A model generated the notes under the pieces. That model was given only the letters and a program-made list of their open reading frames with translations. It did no database searches and had not been told where the DNA came from. A program made the position numbers and the translations under genes. A stretch of DNA of 36,778 bases. Origin: a virus (taxonomy: Duplodnaviria > Caudoviricetes). The number at the start of each line of letters is the position of its first letter. The stretch's first letter is position 1. Below are positions 6,591 through 13,382 of the stretch, one piece after another. The stretch is from the IMG/VR virus record IMGVR_UViG_3300032225_000443, positions 1 to 36,778 of that record. One strand, given 5' to 3'.

Positions 6591-8442
6591 AGCAGCGCTG
6601 CGCTACGCAGAATGGGGCTGGTGCGTCCTGCCTGTAGTGCCCAACGGTAAGATTCCGGCTACCGCCCACGGCGTCAACGACGCCACCAAAGACCCAGAGC
6701 AGATCAAGCGCTGGTGGACCCAGAACCCGAACCTAAATATCGGCATCGCCTGCGGCAGCGCCAGCGGGATCGTGGTGTTTGACATCGACCCGCGCAATGG
6801 CGGGGACCAAAGCTGGGAGCGCTGGGTGTCCGACCACGGCCCCATGCCAGACGGGGCGATGGCTTTGACCGCCGGAGGTGGGCAACATTACTTGGCGTTG
6901 CACGCAGATGGCGTCAGATCGTGCAAGTTAGCAGACGGTATTGACCTGCTGTCTGACGGGCGTTATTTTTTGGTCTACCCGTCCACCATCGAGGATCGCG
7001 CCTACGAATGGGAGGCGTCCAGCGATCCGTTTGATGGGATAGCGCCAGTTAGAATTCCAGAGCCGTGGATGCCGCACCTTGGGCGTCGCAAAGTGGCACC
7101 AACCACTAACGGCGATCTGATCCAAGGAAACCGTAACGATGGCCTAACCAGCCTCGCCGGTGCCATGCGTTCGTTTGGGATGACCGAGGCAGAGATTTTG
7201 GCCGCGATCAGCGTAGCTAACGAAACCCGCTGCGAGATCCCGCTCCCATCAAGCGAGATCAAACAGATCGCACGATCAGTCTCGCGCTATGAACCAGACA
7301 GCGACGTGGCTGCGAGTAGCGCAATCGGCTCAGAGGCCGCAGAAGCGCTTTTGGCCGAACCGCCCACATCAGACTACTTCCTGACCCGCGCAACGTCGTT
7401 CTTGGGCCAACCAAGCCCTGTTCCGTGGATTGTAAAAGGGTGGTTGCCGGCATATGCCACAACCATGATGTACGGCGAGTCTGGAGTGGGCAAAACTTTC
7501 GTTGCGCTAGACATGGCCTGCTGCATCGCCAGCGGGATTGACTGGCATGGCATCAGAACCAAACCCGGCATCGTGGTGTATCTGGCCGGTGAAGGTAACT
7601 ACGGGATGCGGCAACGTGTGGCTAGCTGGTGTAAGGCAAAGGGCGTCCAGTCTTTGGACAACCTGCTGATCAGCAACAAGGCGCTGGACATGGACGCACC
7701 GGGCGCGGCAGCGCAGGTAATCGCGGCAGTGCGGGCGTTGACCTCAGAACCAGTGGCGCTAGTCAACATTGATACGTTAAACAATCATATGAGCGGCGAT
7801 GAGAACTCAGCCAAGGACACAAGGGCCATGATCAATGCCTGTAACGTGGTCTCAATGGCTCTCAGCGCCACAACCATGTTGATCCACCATCTAGGACACA
7901 ACAGTGAGTCAAAACAGCGTGCGCGGGGTTCTAGCGCCTGGCGCGGGGCATTGGACGCAAGTATCTTGGTTCACGGCAAGACCAACGAGATTACGGTTAG
8001 CTGCACCAAACAGAAAGATGCGCCGGAACCAGCAGATCGGTACGGATGTCTCAGCCCAGTGGATCTTGGTTGGCAGGATGAAGATGGGTTGCCGCTGACT
8101 GGGGCGGTGTTTGAGATGTTTGCCGAGGGCGATCTTCGGATGCCACAACCAAAGGATGACAAACTGGCAGAGCACAAGACCAATTTGGAGCGGGCGTGGT
8201 TTGTTGGTGGTGCAGAGATCGTGGATGAGATGCCTTACGTCAGCCGAGAGTCGTTTAAGACGTTTTTGCTTGAGCAGGGTGTCAAAACCACAGTGGTAGA
8301 TCAGCACCTGAAGGCTTCAGCCAGATCCGGGATGATCATCAAGGATTTGACAGATGCTCAAATAATAGGCAAACAAGACAAGGGATGGGTGGTCGCGGAC
8401 AGGGAACTGGCGGCGAAACTGATGAGTAAGGTGAAGCAATGA
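6577..8442 (+). CDS. Bifunctional primase-polymerase + PriCT + AAA_25 (RepA-like) helicase
   Basis: 'NIGIACG..SGIVVFDIDPRNGG', 'TAGGGQHY', PriCT 'GNRNDGLTSLAG', Walker A YGESGVGKT, 'NIDTL', 'IHH...RGSSAW'. Confidence 0.92.
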   Translation: MNKIEAALRYAEWGWCVLPVVPNGKIPATAHGVNDATKDPEQIKRWWTQNPNLNIGIACGSASGIVVFDIDPRNGGDQSWERWVSDHGPMPDGAMALTAGGGQHYLALHADGVRSCKLADGIDLLSDGRYFLVYPSTIEDRAYEWEASSDPFDGIAPVRIPEPWMPHLGRRKVAPTTNGDLIQGNRNDGLTSLAGAMRSFGMTEAEILAAISVANETRCEIPLPSSEIKQIARSVSRYEPDSDVAASSAIGSEAAEALLAEPPTSDYFLTRATSFLGQPSPVPWIVKGWLPAYATTMMYGESGVGKTFVALDMACCIASGIDWHGIRTKPGIVVYLAGEGNYGMRQRVASWCKAKGVQSLDNLLISNKALDMDAPGAAAQVIAAVRALTSEPVALVNIDTLNNHMSGDENSAKDTRAMINACNVVSMALSATTMLIHHLGHNSESKQRARGSSAWRGALDASILVHGKTNEITVSCTKQKDAPEPADRYGCLSPVDLGWQDEDGLPLTGAVFEMFAEGDLRMPQPKDDKLAEHKTNLERAWFVGGAEIVDEMPYVSRESFKTFLLEQGVKTTVVDQHLKASARSGMIIKDLTDAQIIGKQDKGWVVADRELAAKLMSKVKQ

Positions 8443-9194
8443 TCAAGCGCATCGTTTGCTGGTTCTCCTGCGGTGCAGCAAGCGCCATAGCAACCAAGAT
8501 AGCGATTGAAGAGAACGCGGGCAAGCTGCCGCTGGTGATCGCTTACACGGAAGTTCTGGAAGAACACCCAGACAACAAGCGTTTCCTGACCGAATGCGAG
8601 CAATGGTTTGGTCAGGAAATTCTGATTCTGGGCAACGACAGGTACAAACGATCAATCTTTGAGACGTTCAAAACCAGCGCGATGAACATCAAAGGTGCAG
8701 CGCCATGCACTCAGAAGTTAAAGAAACAGGTGCGCCAGAAGTTTGAACACGTTCATGACCGGCAGGTTTTCGGGTACACCGCTGAAGAAGAAGCTAGGGT
8801 AGGCAAGTTTTTGGACGCTAACGCAAACGTAAACCTGTGGGTTCCGCTAATTGACCGAGGGTTGATGAAGGAAGATTGCCTAGCAATGCTCAAGAACGCC
8901 AACATTGAACTGCCAGCGATGTACAAGTTGGGCTACCACAACAATAACTGCATTGGGTGCGTTAAAGGTGGCATGGGCTACTGGAACAAGATCAAGGTGG
9001 ACTTCCCAGAAGCGTTTGACAGGATGGCAAAGTTGGAGAGGTTCAAGAACCAAACCGTACTGAAGGATAGGTTCTTGGATGAGCTACAACCATTGGACGG
9101 TAACTATCCGGAAGAACCAAAGGTGGAATGTTCGATCTTTTGTCAGTTGACCGAGCAAGATTTGGAGTCTTTGAAAAAGTCTAGGGCGGGTTAA
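8439..9194 (+). CDS. PAPS-reductase/DndC-like PP-loop (HUP fold) protein with Cys cluster
   Basis: N-terminal 'WFSCGAASA' PP-loop variant, 'APCTQKLKK', 'GYHNNNCIGCVKGG', C-terminal 'ECSIFC'. Confidence 0.75.
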   Translation: MIKRIVCWFSCGAASAIATKIAIEENAGKLPLVIAYTEVLEEHPDNKRFLTECEQWFGQEILILGNDRYKRSIFETFKTSAMNIKGAAPCTQKLKKQVRQKFEHVHDRQVFGYTAEEEARVGKFLDANANVNLWVPLIDRGLMKEDCLAMLKNANIELPAMYKLGYHNNNCIGCVKGGMGYWNKIKVDFPEAFDRMAKLERFKNQTVLKDRFLDELQPLDGNYPEEPKVECSIFCQLTEQDLESLKKSRAG

Positions 9195-9354
9195 AAACGT
9201 CTTATTTAGTTATAAAAGTTAGTCCGTAACAACCGTAACACGCCGTAACACGCCGTAACAAGTTACGGCGGCAAAGGCGAGTTTACCGTAACGTAACGTA
9301 ACACACTCTTAGAGTGTTACGGTGTTACGGTACGATGCGGAGCGTTACGTTACG
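9191..9354. repeat. Iteron-like CGTAAC/GTTACG array with adjacent AT-rich tract; putative replication origin
   Basis: 7 CGTAAC (9225, 9234, 9244, 9254, 9287, 9292, 9297) and 5 GTTACG (9262, 9316, 9324, 9344, 9349); palindromes at 9251-9270 and about 9297-9321; AT-rich 9191-9220; lies downstream of the primase-helicase. Confidence 0.8.
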
Positions 9355-9386
9355 CAAAGGTTTCACTTTGAGGAGAAAATTGGAAG

Positions 9387-10553
9387 ATGACCGATCCAGC
9401 AGAGAAAATTGAGAAATGGGCGATTGAAAAATTGATCCCCTACGCGAGGAACGCTAGGACGCACTCGGATGAGCAGGTAGGTCAGATCGCTGCTTCGATC
9501 CGCGAGTGGGGTTGGACTACCCCAGTGCTGGTAGATGAGGATGGAGGGATCATTGCTGGCCACGGCAGGACGATGGCAGCGAAGCGTCTGGGGATGCGTG
9601 AAGTCCCCGTGATGGTGGCTCGAGGGTGGAGCGATGCAAAGAAGCGAGCCTACGTTCTAGCTGATAACAAACTGGCCCTGAACGCGGGTTGGGATGACTC
9701 AATGCTGGCCCTTGAACTCAAAGAGCTGGGCGACACAGGGTTTGGCCTAGATTTGACTGGTTTCTCCCTTGATGAGATCAACGCACTCACGCCTTTGGAG
9801 GTCGAACCTGGGTTAACGGATGAGGATGCCGTTCCAGAGGCCCCAGAAGAGCCTACAACGCGATTGGGCGACGTTTGGATACTAGGACAGCACCGACTGA
9901 TGTGCGGCGATTCTACGTCGATTGACGCGGTTGAGAAGCTGATGGATGGGAAGAAGGCCGAGATGGTGTTTACAGACCCGCCTTATGGGATGAACGCGGT
10001 AACAAAATCGTCTGTCCTAAAGAAAAATTACGGGCAAGACATTCTTGGAGATGACAACACAGACGCAGCGAAAGATTCGTTTTTGCTGGCCTTTGGTCTT
10101 TACCCAGACGCAAACCATGTCTGGTGGGGGGCCAATTATTACGGTTCCGCACTTCCAGACAGCGAATGTTGGATTGTTTGGGACAAAAATAACGGGCAAT
10201 CAGATCAAACCGATTGCGAATTGGCATGGACAAACTTTAGAAGCGTTGTGCGCCAGTTCACAATGGCATCAGAAAAGAAAAATAGAGTTCATCCAACTCA
10301 AAAGCCAATATCATTAATTGAATGGGTTTTTGACAAATTTAAAGTTTCATCAAATTTTGTACTTGATTTGTTTGGCGGAAGCGGCAGCACATTGATTGGA
10401 TGCGAGAAAACGGGGCGCAAAGCGTTTGTGATGGAACTTGACCCAAAGTATTGCGATGTGATAGTAAAAAGATGGCAAGACTACACGGGCAACCAAGCAA
10501 CACTTGAGGAAAACCCCAAAACATTCAATGAGTTAGCATTAAATGGAAGTTGA
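9387..10553 (+). CDS. ParB/Srx-like domain fused to an N6A/N4C DNA methyltransferase (beta class)
   Basis: 'LIPYARNARTHS..Q..IAASI..WGWTTPVLVD..IIAGHGR..ADNKL'; 'HRLMCGDS', DPPY, HPTQKP, DLFGGSGST. Confidence 0.92.
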   Translation: MTDPAEKIEKWAIEKLIPYARNARTHSDEQVGQIAASIREWGWTTPVLVDEDGGIIAGHGRTMAAKRLGMREVPVMVARGWSDAKKRAYVLADNKLALNAGWDDSMLALELKELGDTGFGLDLTGFSLDEINALTPLEVEPGLTDEDAVPEAPEEPTTRLGDVWILGQHRLMCGDSTSIDAVEKLMDGKKAEMVFTDPPYGMNAVTKSSVLKKNYGQDILGDDNTDAAKDSFLLAFGLYPDANHVWWGANYYGSALPDSECWIVWDKNNGQSDQTDCELAWTNFRSVVRQFTMASEKKNRVHPTQKPISLIEWVFDKFKVSSNFVLDLFGGSGSTLIGCEKTGRKAFVMELDPKYCDVIVKRWQDYTGNQATLEENPKTFNELALNGS

Positions 10554-11073
10554 AACGCAGCAACAACAAAATCGTCATGGTGGTGCAAGGCCAAATTCGG
10601 GCCGACCCCGCTTTGAACCAACGGATGAAGAGCGTAAGCAGGTTGAGGCAATGGCTGGCTATGGCGTTGCTGAAGCGCACATCGCATCGTTGATTCGCGG
10701 CGGGATTGGCGTCTCGACTTTGCGTGAGCGGTTTAAGGAGAACCTTGAGCAAGGCCGCGCCAAAGCGCACGCCGGGATCGGCAAGACGCTGTTCCAGAAG
10801 GCAATGGCAGGCGACGTGGCGAGCCTAATCTGGTGGACGAAGACGCAGATGCGCTGGACCGAAGCGCCTCGCCAGATTGAGGTTAGCGGCAACATCTCCA
10901 TCACTGACGCGCTCGCTCAGGCGCAGGCCAGGTTGCTCGAGGCTGAGATCGTGGAGATGGACACGCCGTTACTCGGCGTAACAGATGCTGTTACGGCTGT
11001 TACGGATGTCGTTACGGTAAGTGAGAAGGTATGTATTGACGCGCAGCACCCCGCAAACCCGCATGAATCCTAG
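10543..11073 (+). CDS. Terminase small subunit (HTH)
   Basis: 'GGARPNSGRP', HTH region, 'LFQKAMAGDVASLIWWTK'; directly upstream of terL. Confidence 0.7.
   Translation: MEVETQQQQNRHGGARPNSGRPRFEPTDEERKQVEAMAGYGVAEAHIASLIRGGIGVSTLRERFKENLEQGRAKAHAGIGKTLFQKAMAGDVASLIWWTKTQMRWTEAPRQIEVSGNISITDALAQAQARLLEAEIVEMDTPLLGVTDAVTAVTDVVTVSEKVCIDAQHPANPHES
10967..11016. repeat. Second CGTAAC/GTTACG cluster, inside the terS 3' end
   Basis: CGTAAC at 10977; GTTACG at 10990, 10999 and 11011; GTTAC at 10968. Confidence 0.8.
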
Positions 11074-11142
11074 GGTTATGGCGGATGCATCCTCCGCCAT
11101 CATTCCGATGCGTCGCAGCGCTGGGGGCCGAAAGACCAATGA

Positions 11143-11155
11143 AATCAACGGCTTA
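11143..11155 (+). promoter_or_regulatory. IHF consensus site in the terS-terL intergenic region
   Basis: AATCAA-CGGC-TTA matches WATCAANNNNTTR exactly. Confidence 0.55.
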
Positions 11156-11284
11156 GGGCCGGAAGTTAACGCACCGGCAGGGCCAGCCGGCGGCTCCGGC
11201 CACGCGGCGAGGGGGCCGGGTAGGGCCGGCGGCGACCGGTCACAGTAACGGTACCCCCGCGCCAATTTTTTTTTATTTTCCCAA

Positions 11285-12808
11285 ATGCAAAAAACTCGTT
11301 ATAGCGCCGAAGATGAACAGATCTTGATGACCAAGTTATGGTCGCCAACGATTGCGGACAACCCGGAGGCGTTCGTGTTGTTTGCGTTTCCCTGGGGTCA
11401 GGCGAACACGCCGTTGGCAAAGTTCAGCGGGCCGAGGAAGTGGCAGCGGGAGATTTTGAGGGACATCGCCAGGCACATCAGGGACAACCAAGGCAAGGTT
11501 GACATGGAGACGCTGCGCGAGGCGGTATCAAGCGGGCGGGGGATAGGTAAGTCGGCGCTGGTAAGTTGGCTGATTCTGTGGATGTTGACAACCCGCATTG
11601 GTTCTACGGTCATTGTGAGCGCGAACAGCGAGAGCCAGCTGCGCTCGGTGACTTGGGGCGAGTTGACCAAGTGGCAGGCGATGATTATTAACAGCTACTG
11701 GTGGGAGATCAGCGCAACTAAGATCGTGCCGGCTGCGTGGTTGACCGAACTGGTTGAGCGGGATTTGAAGAAAGGGACTCGTTATTGGGCGGCAGAGGGG
11801 AAGTTGTGGAGTGAGGAGAACCCGGACGCGTATGCGGGTGTGCATAACCACGACGGCATGATGTTAATTTTTGATGAGGCGTCAGGGATACCGGACCCGA
11901 TCTGGGCGGTGGGTGCTGGGTTCTTTACTGAGAATATTCTGGATCGGTATTGGTTTGCGTTTAGTAACCCCCGGCGTAACAGCGGGTATTTCTTTGAGAC
12001 ATTCCATGGCAAACGGGATTTTTGGAAGGGCCGGCAGATTGATGCCAGGGAGGTTGAGGGGACGGACAAAAATACGTATGAGCAGATCATTGCCGAGTAT
12101 GGGGAGGATTCGCCTCAAGCGCGGGTGGAGGTATACGGGGAGTTTCCGGCGAGTGGCGATGACCAGTTTATTGGGCCGAGGTTGGTTGACGATGCCATGG
12201 AGCGGGAGAGATACAAGGATTCAACCGCGCCGATTGTCATTGGGGTTGACCCGGCTCGAGGGGGATTGGATGCGACGGTGATTGTGGTTAGGCAGGGTAG
12301 GGACATTGTGGCGATCAAACGGTTTAGGGGTGACGATACGATGACCACAGTTGGCAATGTGATTGACGCGATTGAGGAGTACAAGCCAACGTTGACGGTA
12401 ATTGATGAGGGTGGCTTGGGGTATGGAATACTTGACAGGTTAACGGAACAGCGATATAAGGTGCGAGGGGTGAATTTTGGCTGGAAAGCCAAGAACCCTA
12501 TTATGTGGGGCAATAAGCGGGCAGAGATGTGGGGTGCGATGCGGGACTGGTTAAGGTCTGCGAGCATTCCGAAGGATCGGCAATTGAAAGCGGATCTGGT
12601 TGGACCCATGAAGAAGCCCAATAGTGCCGGTACGATCTTTCTTGAGGGAAAGAAGGAAATGAAGGCTAGGGGGTTGGCGAGTCCGGATGCTGCTGATGCG
12701 TTGGCGGTGACGTTTGCTTATCCGGTAGCGCATAGGGAGTACGTTGAGAAATCGCGTACCATTGTCTCCAATAAGGCTACAATGTCTGGATCTTGGATGG
12801 GTTCGTGA
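11285..12808 (+). CDS. terL: Terminase large subunit
   Basis: 'PRKWQ' Q-motif, Walker A SSGRGIGKS, Walker B IFDEASG, motif III 'FSNP', nuclease 'GVDPARGGLD' and 'SPDAADALA'. Confidence 0.95.
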   Translation: MQKTRYSAEDEQILMTKLWSPTIADNPEAFVLFAFPWGQANTPLAKFSGPRKWQREILRDIARHIRDNQGKVDMETLREAVSSGRGIGKSALVSWLILWMLTTRIGSTVIVSANSESQLRSVTWGELTKWQAMIINSYWWEISATKIVPAAWLTELVERDLKKGTRYWAAEGKLWSEENPDAYAGVHNHDGMMLIFDEASGIPDPIWAVGAGFFTENILDRYWFAFSNPRRNSGYFFETFHGKRDFWKGRQIDAREVEGTDKNTYEQIIAEYGEDSPQARVEVYGEFPASGDDQFIGPRLVDDAMERERYKDSTAPIVIGVDPARGGLDATVIVVRQGRDIVAIKRFRGDDTMTTVGNVIDAIEEYKPTLTVIDEGGLGYGILDRLTEQRYKVRGVNFGWKAKNPIMWGNKRAEMWGAMRDWLRSASIPKDRQLKADLVGPMKKPNSAGTIFLEGKKEMKARGLASPDAADALAVTFAYPVAHREYVEKSRTIVSNKATMSGSWMGS

Positions 12809-12850
12809 TCTGTTATTTTTCCCCTATCATTTTTAACGCATAGCATTTAT

Positions 12851-12982
12851 ATGTTAAAAAAGTCTGCATCGCCCAAGGCGTTCAAAGAGAATATTAAGAC
12901 TGAAGTAAAGGCTGGCAAGCCAGTTAAACAAGCAGTTGCGATTGCATACGCTACTAAGCGCGAAGCGGCGAAGAAGAAATGA
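12851..12982 (+). CDS. Small Lys-rich protein, 43 aa (MLKKSASPKAFKENIKTEVKAGKPVKQAVAIAY...), missing from the ORF track
   Basis: 'NI..E...GKP.KQAVAIA' pattern recalled from phage head modules; ATGA coupling to the next gene. Confidence 0.8.
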   Translation: MLKKSASPKAFKENIKTEVKAGKPVKQAVAIAYATKREAAKKK

Positions 12983-13131
12983 GCAACAAGCCAGGTTTGT
13001 ACGCCAATATTCATGCGAAGCAGGAACGTATTAAAGCGGGTTCTGGCGAGAAGATGAACAAAGTTGGCAGCAAGAATGCGCCAACGGCTAAGGATTTCAA
13101 AGAGTCGGCTAAGACGGCTAAAAAGAAATGA
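12979..13131 (+). CDS. Small Lys-rich protein, 50 aa (MSNKPGLYANIHAKQERIKAGSGEKM...), missing from the ORF track
   Basis: ATGA overlaps at both ends; basic composition. Confidence 0.8.
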   Translation: MSNKPGLYANIHAKQERIKAGSGEKMNKVGSKNAPTAKDFKESAKTAKKK

Positions 13132-13382
13132 AGAAAGTTTCTTTATCCGTTGGTCGCGGCGAGAAGTTGCCGGTTAGTAAAGGCGCGGGGCTAACGGAAA
13201 AGGGACGCGAGAAATACAACGCTGCGACTGGTAGTCATCTAAAGGCACCAGCGCCAAACCCCAAGACTGAAGCGGACAAGGGCAGGAAATCTAGCTTTTG
13301 CGCTAGAATGGAAGGGGTTGTAGCGCACGCTAAAGGCGATGCGGAGCGGGCTAAAGCGTCACTTAAACGCTGGAAGTGTTAA
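13128..13382 (+). CDS. Small basic protein, DUF6321-like
   Basis: 'GLTEKGR...LKAP...RKSSFCARM...SLKRWKC'. Confidence 0.75.
   Translation: MKKVSLSVGRGEKLPVSKGAGLTEKGREKYNAATGSHLKAPAPNPKTEADKGRKSSFCARMEGVVAHAKGDAERAKASLKRWKC

Noticed and set aside
9224-9354. Mini-CRISPR array associated with the Cas4-like gene
   Set aside because: Repeats are 6-10 bp, in both orientations, with no unique 25-45-bp spacers; no cas1/cas2
9387-9700. ParB as a plasmid-prophage partition system
   Set aside because: The domain is fused to a methyltransferase, lacks an obvious HTH/dimerisation region, and no ParA is present
11021-11265. ORFs in the terS-terL spacer (11021-11248 +, 10969-11265 -)
   Set aside because: Gly/Pro/Arg-rich translations of GC-rich repeats with no RBS; better explained as cis-acting DNA
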